A DNA stretch of 55,890 nt, filler included, from Dugesia japonica (Eukaryota): assembly GCA_001938525.1 (NCBI GenBank). It is 4 parts of 4 records of this genome, joined end to end, with 100 filler letters (N's around TTAATTAATTAA, not from the genome) between each part and the next. Parts side by side here need not be neighbours in the genome. Positions count along the whole stretch, not along the records: positions 1 to 20,392 come from MQRL01609769.1; 3 more parts are not named here. One strand, written 5' to 3'. The position numbers and the translations under genes were made by a program. Shown here one piece after another: positions 1 to 12,529 of this stretch; within the stretch, counting starts at the first letter, position 1, and each line of letters begins with the position of its first letter. Under the pieces are notes generated by a model. That model did not search any database, was not told the DNA's origin, and saw only the letters and a program-made list of their open reading frames with translations.

Positions 1-597
1 ACTTGTGTCTACCATTTATTAATCAATCTTTAACAATTAATAATATTGTGAACAAGGATTTTCTTGAATTGTTTCTTTTTGAGGTATAGAAGTCTCTTAA
101 TGATATTTCTTGTTCGAGAATTTCCTATTGATTTCATGATTTTAATGTTGGTTTATTTCATTTATAATTAATTAATTTTCATGTTAAATTTTCTAATTAT
201 TTAATTTGATATTTTTGGTTTTCTGATTTATTATTAATTTTAGTTATTATTAATACTGATGTTCACTATTTATTTTGTTAATAGTGTATGGAGCACTTCA
301 TTTCTTATTATTTATATTTTTCTAAATATTCGTGTTACATTTTTATCATTAATACTAATTCTAAATACAATGGAATCAGTTTATATGACCCATGTTTATC
401 AATACGGTTTACACACATATTTATATAAATGCACATGTGAAATTCAATATATTTAAATTAACTTTGAATTAAATTTTATGAACGTTTTTTATATTTTAAA
501 ATTTTACTTCACTTAAGTTTTTTCTTCATTAAATTAAATTTTCATACTACCAATGGTTAAGACCAACAATTATTCTCGCAATAATTGTAATTGTAAA
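1..597 (+). mobile_element. Penelope-like retroelement 3' remnant (degenerate GIY-YIG region and 3' tail)
   Basis: LCLPFIN at the window start and YLYKCTCEIQYI (~417-453) resemble the Penelope linker and GIY-YIG. Bases 552-597 nearly match the tail of the clearer Penelope at 41355-41400. Confidence 0.45.
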
Positions 598-1083
598 GCT
601 TAAGTTTTCATTTATATTTTAATATTTGTGCTGTTCAATTTTGCAAATATTGGAAAATAGTATAATTATACACGTTTTTCGATGTGGAATCAATATCTTA
701 GAAAATTGTGTGAAATAATAATTAGATGATCAATAAGTCATAAAACGAATTCATTACATATATTATGCAGGTGCATGTGTGAAATGGATATGTCAATGAT
801 GACATGATAATATCTAAAATCGATCTTCATATTGAAAATATATACAGATTTCATTAATGTTACAATGAAATCGTTGAGATTCTGATGGCGTGTTAAAAGT
901 TTTTTAATTTATTTAAGTTTTTTTTATAAGAATTGAAATTAAATACGAAAAAAATGTTTAATCAAAAAAATAAAAATTTCTTTAATTAATAATTTCATTT
1001 ATTTAACTTTTATATTTGAATAAACTTTTATGGATACATTTAATTACTGAATATTCGAACACCAACAAGCATTTCGTCTAACA

Positions 1084-2460
1084 TGGTGGCAGCGGTAAAA
1101 ACAGATNNNNNNNNNNNNNNNNNNNNNNNNNNNNTTTTTTTGTCGAGGAAATGATTTGGAGACGCTTAATAAAAGGTATGACATGTGTTTCAAAGCGAAT
1201 GGCATCGCGCAAAAGAGAGATTTACAGCATGCATTACCGATAAATATCAATTAGAAATGTATGCAAAAACATTAAAATAGAAGAAGGATTAAAACCCATA
1301 CTACGAATGGCATTTGATAATGAAAGAGACGTAGTCAACAATTTAGAAAATTTGTTGAATTGAAGAAGAGGCGAAGATATCGAAACATACTTTAAGAGAT
1401 ATGGAAAAGTATGTGCAGAATAAGATTCAGGAAATTGTTTGCAGATGTGAGAGATGTCAAAAATCTAGGACTACAACAAAAATGAAAAAACAGTAAAGAA
1501 ACTAGAAGCGAGCGAGATGTTGGAAATTATATTTGTGAACAAGAAAGGAAAAGACGAAAATAGTACATACTACGTAAAAAAGGCCAATATCGAATAATTA
1601 TCGAATTTTGACATACATATCAACACAAGATGGTTAAACAATAAAGAAAATGATTTTTGAATTATGAATTTTGAGATTNGGCTGCTCAAAGAAAATAAAA
1701 CTAGATTCCGAGAAGACATTAAAGTCACAAATAATGAGAGAATTCATAAAGAAGTTAGATATGAAGTTATGTTTTGCGAGTCCATATTATCATTAAACAA
1801 ATGGAAAAATGGAAAGTCAATTATAGAAAGTTTGAGAACTAATAAATAAAACTTCATAGGACAGAAGGAAAACGGATTGGGTAAATACACTTTTAGAGAT
1901 AAAATTCACATTAAACGTAACTAGCGATTGGAATAAGAATTCAGAGAAATACAGATAAAAAAGAAACCAGAAGAACAAACAAAGAGGAAATTCAATGTGT
2001 TAGTAAAAATAGTAACACGTAACAATAGGCAAGCCTAATCGAGAAAGTTTATGAAAGACGATTTATCTTAAAAAATGAAAATGAGAAGCCAATCAAAAGA
2101 AGTATAGAAAATTGAAAGCAAAGAGCAATGAAATTAGAGGGATGCAAGCAGAGTTAGGCCGATAAAAACAACAGCGGGTGGAATAACTTAAACAGATTTA
2201 TGTGTTAAAAATTTGTATTGATCAGCAGGAACAGTGCAATGAACACCGACTGCGAGAAATCACCAAGTGGCAGGAGAAGCGGGAGAAAGATCTCGTCAAG
2301 TTACTCATACGAACGACAGAATTAGCCAAACAGCAGCAGCATGTAATTCAATTGATGTGATCAACTCAGTTGTAAGCCGAAGAGTATACGAAGCAATCGG
2401 AGAAATTGTCAGACAAGGTAGAGACAGTTCTACAACAAGTGCTTGCACCATTGGATGAGA
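1084..2460 (+). mobile_element. Degenerate Gypsy LTR-retrotransposon gag-protease remnant
   Basis: PBS-like TGGTGGCAGCGG follows ...AACA at 1084. Next come gag-like FCRGNDLETLNKRYDMCFKANGI and protease-like IDVINSVVSRRVYEAIG. Many stops. Confidence 0.5.
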
Positions 2461-3999
2461 CAGATATTGTTAAATAGACAGTTGTGTGATCAAATCTTTC
2501 TTGAACCGCAATATGGTTTTATACTTGTGATTTTCTTTATTCTAATTAGTTGATATAAATAAAAAAATTAACAAACATTATTAATCTTAATATTCATGGA
2601 TAATATTGCAAAGAAGTTCAAATTTATTATGAAAAATAACTCGTTAATAATTTAACATAAATTTAATAACCGAATTTAGGTATTGGCAAACTTAAAGGTT
2701 TCTTATTATAAACTTATCAGGAAGCAGATTGCAAATTGTATTAATAATACCAACGTGATCATAAAATAATATAATATCTCTAATTAGTTGCAGTGTCTAA
2801 CGCAAGGAAGATGACTAACATTGGTTTTACAAATTTCATACGTTTATAAAAAATACCTTGGAGATTTCTAACTTAATTTATATATTTTTTCATCTCTTAA
2901 AAATGTATATTATTATTCGATGGTTTGTTAACTAAGGAATCAATGTTTACTTTTTCATGGGTNCAATATAGTGTTAAATACAGAAAGTATCTCGTGTAAA
3001 AATCGAATATTGTGTAGTGGATAAGAGGTGGTATATAATTAATTAAATATAACAATTACATTCACAAAATTTATAATAATTATAATGTATAATTCCATAC
3101 TTATATGGTCTTTTATTTTACTAATAATATACTCATTAGAGGAGTCTTTCGTTATTTGAATAGTATAATTAGCTCCAAGTTGTTTGCTACTTCTAATCGA
3201 CATTCATTTATTTTTGTCATTAATAAATAATTATAAACCATTGTAAATTCCTCACCAACAGTAATAATATCATCAGCTCCAAGAGATTGGCTACTAATAA
3301 ACTAACTAACCCAATAGTTCCTGTTAACATGATTTATATATAGATATGTATTTCTAATTACGTAAACAAATGCCTCCCAGCACCAATTATAAGAACTTTG
3401 GATCCTAAAGTAACATTTCGACGCCTATAAGCATGGACTCTTACAGACAATGACTCTAAGAGAGTCCCTTCTTCGTTTGATACATTATCAGGTAATCTAA
3501 AAAATATTTTATTTTATAATCACAAAATGAAATTCGAATGAAATAGAAATCAAGTTTTAAAAAATTACCATTTGAAATTTTTAGTAGTAAAATTGTTGTC
3601 TAAATAGATAAATTGAAATAAGATCAAAAATAATTTAGTAAATGTGAGAATGGATATTTTTACTCAAAGATATTTAGTTTATTTATAATTTCCTTGAGAA
3701 AATAATGAATCAAGGATAACGGTCATATATAGAATGTGAATTAAACTGGTTAGAATCCTATATATTTGAGATGCAATTGAGGCAAAATAATAGCCATCTG
3801 CCAACAATCGATCGTATAAGGCAACAAGCAACTGCTGACTTAATATTGTTTTCTAATATCCGTTGACTTGGCCAACCAAGTTTAGCAAAGTAAAAACCGA
3901 AATTAAGTGACTAAATTGTATTGAGTTATAATTTAATAAAGAAGATAAAGATATAATTTGATTACATCGCAAATTGTTAGCTATCCCAATTCTGTGAAA

Positions 4000-4950
4000 A
4001 ACAAACATCTTCTTTCTTGATTTAGGCACTCAAACATGTAATCGCTTCAACAAAAAAATTAAGAGAAAATAATGATGACAAGGAAAGGTCTTGGGAGCTT
4101 CATAAACTCAACAAAGGTCGGTGGAAGGCACGTATGATAGAAGCTTGTGCTAGAATGTAACGATATAAAAGACGTTACATTGACTATCGGCAACAAGCCA
4201 AAAAAGAGCATATCATCAAGAACGGGTTTGGAAGACTCAAATAACTACGCTTGTTGAGTTACTCCAACAATCTACTGTGCATGAGACTCAGTTGTTCCAA
4301 AATATCAAAGAATTGAGGAAATTCATACTATCTGCATCGGTAATGGTTGATATGACCACGTAAGCTCATTCCGCGAAAAAACAATTTTTCTTACTGCGAA
4401 TACATTTTTATACCTTTGCCTTATATTAATGTTATCTATGCTTATAAATAAAGTAATTATTTTGAAAGCTCGTGCTAATAAGTAAGGACTTAGGTTTAAT
4501 CATTCAGTTTTAACATGAACGATGACAAGTTATCCAACACTCTTGAAAAATACCATCAAATAATTCAAGGGCTGCGATGAGACTGGTCACAAAATGAGTG
4601 CAGCATAAAAAGACCTCTATAGAGGAAGGAAGCTCTTCTTCAGAAAGTGGAAGAGACTGGAAAACAACAATATGTGCTCAGACACACATCAACCGATTAC
4701 ACTACTAAGTGGAATTCTTAATAGGTTAAATATACTATCTAATCAACACCTACCATCGGACACTAATTTCATGATCTTTTCCGGTTACCAAGTCACTAAC
4801 TGAACCAGAAACTTGGGATGAGGTAGCTAACTGCCATCTATTCAATTTAGAGGACTCTTAGAGCCTGTACTAATTGACCAAAGGCTGATACTAACAATCA
4901 CACTGATCTAAGGTAAAAAAGACTAGATGTCTTGAATCGAGTTATTTATT
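4000..4950 (+). mobile_element. Highly decayed LTR-retrotransposon gag/protease-like remnant inside the SORD intron
   Basis: Zinc-knuckle-like IK*FKGCDETGHK..EC near 4560-4600, followed by weak protease-like sequence. Confidence 0.3.
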
Positions 4951-5333
4951 TGTTCAAAGTGAATAATAATGGGGGAAAATAAACTCAAACCAAACGAATA
5001 TGAGCATATACTTGAACTGTGCAAGTCACCGACTATATTCTGAAAATCTATTATATAACACTAGAATAAATTCTTCAAAGGGCGTTCTTCTCCATGCCAA
5101 GCCAGTAATCTACTTGACTTAGGTGACTCCAAAAATAATTTTATTTTTCAAAATCGTTAATTTTATTTGCCAAAAGTTTTTTTTATGTGAAAGACACTGT
5201 ATAATTATAATTATGTATTTATTATTATAAGTTATTACAAAACGTTTATCTGAATAGATCCAAAATGTGTGTTTTTATAACGAAAGTAAATTTTTGGTTT
5301 TCAAAATGACAAACAAAGTACTTTTATAAATTA

Positions 5334-6340
5334 TTAGGTTGTAACATATGAAATGTCTGAATTTAATAACTCATATATAAGATAATGTAAGTCATGTAAT
5401 AATTAATATATAGAAATTATTTATATATCATTTTGAGGCTTGAAATATGGATTATCTTTGAATAATATTTTTTTTTAAAATAACATTTTTTCAAATAATT
5501 TTTGAAAGCATGGAAAAAAAAGTAACAAATACGGAAATGCGTACCATTTTTTTATATGAATGGAAATTGAAGCATAATGCTACAGAAGCTGCCCGAAACC
5601 TTAAGTTTCCATTTGAAAATGCTTCAGCTAATAAACTAACTATTAAGCTATTGTTTAAAAAATTTGAAAATGTTGACAAAAAAACCCTGGTCAATGAGTC
5701 CAGGGGGCGACCTGGTCTCGTCATTAATAATGAGAAATTACGATGCTTGGTTGAGCTAAATACAAGTCAATCAGTTAGAGAACTTGCAAAAACGTTCAAT
5801 GTTAGACTATCTCTCGTCATTTAAAAGAGATTGGTAAGAAGAAAAAGATGGACCAATGGGTTCCTCATTTTATGAATAAATCCCAAAAATTTCAAAGATT
5901 GGATATTTGCCGAAAGCTTTTGAAGCGCAATGAAACGGACTCTTTCTTAAATTGCATCATCACATGTGATGAAAAATGGGTTATTCATCATAATCGTGCA
6001 CGTTCTGCTCAATGGTTAGATGCTGATGAAGCTCCGTTACACTGTCCAAACCAGATTTGCATCCGAAAAAGACAATGATAAAAGTTTGGTGGTCTATGGC
6101 TGGTGTTATACATTATTCTTTCTTAAAACAAGATGAAACTATTACCTCAGACAAATATTGTTCTGAAATTGAAATAATGTATAAAGAAATATGCATTAAA
6201 CAACCATCATTGGTCAACAGGAAAGAAATCATCCTGTTGCATGACAATGCCCGCACACATGTTGAAAAGAAGAAGTTGCAAAAGCTGATCGACTTAAATA
6301 TTGAAACTTGGCGACATCCTCCATATTCGCCAGACTTAAG
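5334..6340 (+). mobile_element. Mariner transposon (cecropia/Hsmar1-like), 3' truncated, with stops and frameshifts
   Basis: TA followed by TTAGGTTGTAACATATGAAATG at the left end. The transposase starts at 5510 and carries WVPH, TCDEKW, HPKK..VWW, HDNAR and HPPYSPDL. Confidence 0.93.
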
Positions 6341-6653
6341 GCTCACTCAAATGTTGACAAAAACAATGTTGAAAAGTTCAATGCCTTTGGAATCAGTCTA
6401 ATTCCAGCAGTCACTGTTATTAACCAGCCAGCTCAATCTCCTTAATTAAACATTAATGATCTTTGTTTGTTTCAATCCTTGAGTAAGCGATGTCAAAAAA
6501 ATGTGGAAGGACCTAGATGTTTTGTGGACCACACTTTAAGCTAAATTCTGGTCTACTAAAGAAGAAACACTAACTTCTCTTTCCAGCACTATGTCTTGTA
6601 TCATAAATCAGATTATTGCTACCAAAAGAGTGGCTGTTGATATTTAAGCATAA
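6341..6653 (+). mobile_element. C-terminal fragment of a DD39D-like (plant/Stowaway-type) Tc1-mariner transposase
   Basis: VTVINQPAQSP*LNINDLCLFQSL...KDLDVLWTTL...TMSCIINQII matches the QPPNSPDLNVLDLGFF pattern of DD39D transposases. Confidence 0.65.
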
Positions 6654-7329
6654 CAGATCTTATTGTATCATGTATATATTAGATAATATGCATTATCATT
6701 CTTATTTACCTTAAATTTACAAATCTAAACATTTCGACAATATTAAATTTTACTTATTAAATTTGTTTTTCAAAATATTTGTTTAANTTACAGATCAATG
6801 GAAAAGTTAATTTTTAGAAAATAAATTTTGAAATGGAAATTTTAAAATTTTAATTTTTGAAATGAAACTCTAAATTTTTAAGAATTGAGATTATTTTTTG
6901 TTAATTAAAATTTTGTATAAAAATATTTTTTTTGGATTATTAGACTAATGAAATCTTAAAATTTAAAAAAAATATTCGAATAATTTGATTCGCATTTATT
7001 CGAATGGGAAACTCTACTTACAAAATATCATAAATTTTAATCAAGTGATTCTCTAAAAAAATTGAAATAAAAAATTATAATAAAGATATCAAAGAGATAA
7101 GTTACGAAACATAAAATCAAAAAATAAATATTCTAATATTTACTTGAAACAGGGGTGAGTAATATACTTGCATAATGTTCCATCAACTGGTGGAGTAGCG
7201 TGGAATACAACTTTCGAACACAAATTATATCGTCCTGTTATGCAAAGCGTGCATCGAAGACAAGGTACTCCAGGTTCAATGGCAACTCTTTTTCACTAAT
7301 GTATTGATAGGATTTAATGATTTAAAAAA

Positions 7330-8110
7330 ACTTAGCGAGGATATTTTGAAGTGATTAAAGTGGATATTAAAAGTTATTCGAGATATTGAATTGTAGTGAA
7401 ATAATTGTTGTAATGAAATATGAAGAGTATGGTGAAAATGTTGAATAGAGTATTGTGGAAATATGTAGTGTTATAATGATAATAATATGTACTAATGTGA
7501 AGTGTAGATGGGATAAGTATGACCGAAGTAAACAAAAAATAATATAAAGATTGTGATAAAGTAAATAAAGTGTAAAATAATCAGTCGACAAAGTAGAGAT
7601 TGCGTGTGCAATATTAAAAATAGTTAAACGTGTGTGAATAAAGTATAAAAGTTAATTTAGAGTGTGTGGAGTAGTAAGCAAAAGTGTGAAATGAATAAAG
7701 TTAACTGTGTAAGGTTAAAGGTGTGCATAACGAGTTAAGTGAGTAAAGCAAGGTAAATAAATCAGACAAGTGTCAAATAAAACTTGGTAGGTATAGACGT
7801 GAATTATAGGTAAACGCATGTATGTGTGTAATAAAGTAAACGATAACAAGTGTTAATGAATTGATAAAGTACGTAAAGGGAACTAATGAAGTGTTTATTG
7901 AGAGTTAAAACAAGTATGAGTTATGAATTAATCAGGTATGTATTGAGAGTTTAATAGGTATGTATGGTGAATTAACGAAGTATGTAGTATGTGAATAAGT
8001 AATGACGAGTGTGTGTATCGATAACAAGCTAAAGCAAATTAATGATAAATGCATAAAGAACTAATATAATTGGAGTGTAGAAGCCAGGAGGCTATCATAT
8101 TTTACTTTCA
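7330..8110 (+). other. C-poor, strand-biased non-coding leader of the downstream retroelement, ending in a splice acceptor
   Basis: About 780 nt rich in GTGT/AATAAAGT with very few C. It ends in tttactttcag, 60 nt before the gag ATG at 8171. Confidence 0.4.
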
Positions 8111-8170
8111 GGTTATTCACTAAATCAAACGATCGAGAACTCAATCAGATAATTCACCATTGATAATTCA

Positions 8171-11100
8171 ATGGACAGATACAATCTACGAAATACGACA
8201 AAGGATCAGAAATCTCCTTCGAAAAAAGTCACATCCAATCAAGACAAAAAGATCAGTATCGTTCAATCCGCAAAGCAGAAATCCATACGATAAATAATTT
8301 TTAAAGACGCCAGGAACTCCATCAACTTCAGCGAAATCAACAGACAATTTACAACAGACTAGCGAACCAGATTCAAATTTGATCGACAATTTGAAATATA
8401 ATTACAGTGTGATATCATTGAGCAAATCGAATTCAGGAAGATCAAGTCCTACGACATTAGAGCAATCAGAAGAAATCAGTGCAATTACAATTTATCGACC
8501 AGCAAGTCAGTTGGATAATTCCAGCAGTGACAGTTTAGAATCAAGTGACGACTCAAATATGTCAGAGCACGAGATAAATAATGTAGATCAAACAATAAAC
8601 GAATGCAGTACTAGTGTAATCGGACACAAAAGTAAACATGGAAATGGAAAACGGAGTTCAATGACGAAAATTTTTCGGGCATGCTAGAGAAATTAGAGAG
8701 TTTCATAGCGGCTTATGAGATTCATCGAAAGGCATGTAGATGGAGAGTAGAGCGGGCGGTAGATCGACTACCCATTTATTTAAAAGGATCGGCAAAAACG
8801 ATATATTGGAATAAAGCTAAATGGGTCAAAGATAAAATAAATACGTAGGAAGCATCGAAGAAGCTATTAGAAGACAATTTCAAACCATTGACATTACAAA
8901 GACAGGAAGTCCAAGATTTTACAGTGGGACGACAATTAAAAGACGAATCATTACAAGCTTATGCAACAGAACTATGGAGACTTGAAAAATTAGCGCTTGG
9001 AGAAGATGTGCCAGATAAAGTAATGAAGAAACCTTATTACGAAAGGACAAAATTCTAAAGCAGTCATATTCGAGGATGATGAATTTAACATTGGACGAAC
9101 GTTATCTACATCTGAGGGGAGACGAAAAACGGAGTATTCACCCATAACTAATCAAGATGTACAAAGAGTAGATATTAAAGAAAACCGTAGGAGTAGATTT
9201 TGGAGTTAAAATTAATTATCCAACGATAAATGGTGATTTAGTGACAACAATGCAAACAAAAGTGGTTAAAAGATTTGAGACGACAACTGTTGGTGAATTA
9301 AAAGATATTCTTAGTGAATTACCACTGGAACATTGATTGGAGCGATATAGAATAATATGTGATTACATGATAATTGAACGAGATAAATTGAATAACCGAG
9401 AAGTGCATTTAATTGAGTTTAAGTTAAGATCTGGAGAGATTACCGAATTAACGTTAGAATAAGATGATGGACAACCGAAAGATTTTGTGAAGCTATCAGT
9501 CAGTAAAATGCGAACAAAGATGATAAAAGGTTATCAAGAGGGAATAGACCAATTCGAGTATTTAAAGTTAGTACATGATGATCAAATTGCGTTGACAGCC
9601 GCAACAGGAAACGAAGTGGAACCGTGGAAAACGTTAAAGTGGAATTTAACAAAAATCAGATTAGTAATACTTAATCATTTTCATTATATTAAAAGTGGAG
9701 AAAGAAAAGAGGTAATTGATCGAATGAATCAACTAGGATTGATATTCGGAGAACATTTTAATGAAGCAGTGAGAGCAATAGTTTATTTAAAGGCATCACA
9801 AAACAAGAGGTGAAAGTGACAGTTCACTTTTCAGATGAATTGAGTAAAGAATTTGAAGTGAAGACGATGACAAAATGGGAGAAATTGATAAAAAAAATAC
9901 TAAGATATGTGAATAAACAATCGTTAATAGATAAAGAGAATATGCCAGTAGTAAAGAGAGAAGATATCATAATTTATTGTGGAGAAGAGATCACGGGATA
10001 TCTTGACGGTGATGCGGTGAAATTATCAGGTATATGACCAGGTCATATTATGAATATATACGTATTTGCAACAGGTGACGGAGAAAGGAATCCGTACACT
10101 GGAAGAGAAATCAGAGAGAATTTATGTCGAAAAACAATACAATATTATGTAAATAATGTGAATCCATTAATGCCATGGGGATTACAGGTACATCCCGAAG
10201 ACCTAAATTTTGAATTAACTGAAAGAGTTACAATGTTACAAACAGGACAAACATCGAATCGACAATACAGGGCAAATCAAGAGTTAAGCAGATCAGCAGA
10301 ATTATTAGTAATGAAGAATCGTAAAAAGAAAACAAATGAAGATGAGACAGATCCAGTAGCACAGTTCATATCATTAATCAACGAAGAGCAGATTTTGAGA
10401 GTAGATGTTCAGAACTTTCATGGATCAGATATTATTAAAAAGAGATTTATTAATAGACGAATTGAGAGATTTAACATTCGAAATATCGAGATATAAAGAG
10501 AAATTTACGTGGAGACCGAAGCAATTCAAACAGATTATAAAACGATGCCATGACAATGAGATAGATGAAATTGAACCAAGGCAGTATCATTTTTGAGTAA
10601 CAGATCTAGAAGGATACGAAACCAGGATATCTGGTCTTGCATACGAAACAATTGAGGAAATAAAGGAGAAAATACCGTTTGAACCACCGTATATATTGAC
10701 ATTAAATGACAAAGAATTGATAAGTGATGATATAATCGGAACATTAAACGTTAGGTGGAAGCAGACAGTTAAATTGTATATTAAACCGGAAGTGGGAAAG
10801 AGATTAATAAAAAAGATTATTGAACGGTAAAACGTTACCAACTGGAAAACAGATTCAACCGCAGATCACCAAGTATACAAAACCAATTGTAATCGACAGT
10901 GAAGAAGGTACGAGTAATACGACATTGAAGTCAACAAAGAGTAAATCAATGAAATCAAAATGACATATATCGTCAAGAGAAATTACAACAGAAGAAGATG
11001 ATGTTATTGAACAAGTATTTAGATTATCAAGTAACGATGATAAAGAGAAGTTACAGATAACTAGAATCGATCCAGAAACAATGAGACAAATGCCAATGAA

Positions 11101-11596
11101 AAAGAAAAGAGTAAAATTAAAGAGTAAATTTAATCCTAGAGAAGTAGACATTGATATTGAAGATGAATTATTTGTATTACCAAGAATACCAAATTTAACA
11201 AGACAAAAGTCACCTTCATTGATAGAATTCGAGCATAATGAGAGAATGCCGACTTCATTAGAATATGAATTTGGAAGAGAAAAAATATGTCTACCACTAG
11301 AATTTGAAGAAGAAATAACGACAACAGATAATGCTATCAAAACTACGCATAATCAAGAGGAAACGACAGATCAAGAAATATATCAGAGAATAATGGTTGA
11401 TGTGCAAACAGAAATTTAACGAAAGGCGTGAGGACTGCCAAGAGGATCTATTACGACAAAAGTAGCAACAAGTCGAAAACCAACGCAAGATGAACAATTA
11501 GCATCAGTATCGCAGGAAATTACGGAGGGATGCGAACCATCAGAATTATCAACGGAAAAGAGAATGCATCAAGTAGTATTAATATTATATCTGGAA
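8171..11596 (+). mobile_element. Decayed giant-Gypsy-like Gag polyprotein (~1100 codons) with a capsid domain followed by tandem ubiquitin/SUMO-like domains
   Basis: Starts MDRYNLRN, then a Ser-rich tract. Gag capsid at ~8670-9060: FIAAYEIHRKACRW..RAVDRLPIYLKGSAKTIY...RQLKDESLQAYATELWRL. Ubl-like segments at ~9199-9460, ~9813-10070 and ~10585-10785. Scattered stops and frameshifts; no pol in the window. Confidence 0.7.
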
Positions 11597-12005
11597 TTAC
11601 AAATTTGGATTGCAGCAACGCTTACGAATGGCATTTGTTACTGCTGCCCCCCGTTCTTCGTAGTTTGCAACATAAGATCCGCCAGAGCCTTGTTTTTTTG
11701 TGATTATCCGACGTTCAAAAGAATTTCCCCGCAAATTTCTAACATAGTTTTTATTGACATTGAATGCCTGACATAATTCTTTGACCGTTGAGTATTTTGG
11801 TTCTACCTTTCCTATCTTAAAAAGTAATATCTCATAATTTAATAATAAAATCATTTTTTCGTCTTCGGATAGAGTTGACATTTTAAAAGTCTTCCTAAAA
11901 TTTAACAAAAACAGCTATTATAGTTATAACCAAATTTAAATGACTTGGTGAAATTTGATATATTGATAAAATTTATAAATTCACCTTTTTATGGTTTGGA
12001 GGTAG
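11597..12005 (-). mobile_element. 5' end (TIR and N-terminal HTH) of a DD39D-like Tc1-mariner element
   Basis: TA followed by CTACCTCCAAACCATAAAAAGGTG resembles the Stowaway/DD39D TIR (CTCCCTCCGT...). ORF MSTLSEDEKMILL...GKVEPKYSTVKELCQAFNVNKNYVRNL...KKQGSGG resembles DD39D N-termini. Confidence 0.7.
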
Positions 12006-12529
12006 TAACAATTTAAATCGTATTGTATTGATAAAAGTTTTTCTAGTTTAATATTAATGTATGTATATGGCAAAACTAAAACAACGATTTTTGATACTAC
12101 TTATGACAATTTATTATTATTATTATTTCTTGTATAATGGATTAGAGGTTTGGGTTGGGGTATGAGGTTGTTGAGGTCTGGTTTTCCGAATAAGCAAATG
12201 TCTTCTTTCTGATCTAAGTATAATTGCGACTTTTTTTCTTCCTAGAGGCTTTGTTGCATTTAACCTGAATTTCTCTTAGGATTAAGCTCTGGATAGGTAA
12301 TCCGGATATGCTAGATCGTGTAACTGGTTGCCTATTTTCCAAATCTGAATCTATCTTACCAATGCCTTCTTTGACAGTTGCTTTTTGTATTTGGGATTTT
12401 GAGTTTGATACTGTTAAATGTTAGTTCTATGAAATTTGATTAAGTGTTACGATTAACTATAATATTAAATTCCCCATCAACTCAAAGCTAAACATAGAAG
12501 AATCAACACAATTATTGGATGAATATGAA

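Larger units (their letters stand above)
3090..7295 (-). pseudogene. SORD: Sorbitol dehydrogenase (zinc MDR family) spliced pseudogene, 4 exons visible
   Basis: Exon ~7295-7144: KRVAIEPGVPCLRCTLCITGRYNLCSKVVFHATPPVDGTLCKYITHPCFK. Exon 3496-3378: [40 protein letters not shown]. Exon 3320-3256: TIGLVSLLVA(fs)SLGADDIITV. Exon ~3211-3090: INECRLEVA(fs)QLGANYTIQI. The order is collinear with SORD. There are two 1-nt frameshifts and a mutated donor. Confidence 0.85.

Noticed and set aside
10535-11497. Several minus-strand ORFs over the Gag-Ubl region
   Set aside because: These are shadows of the purine-rich plus-strand polyprotein.
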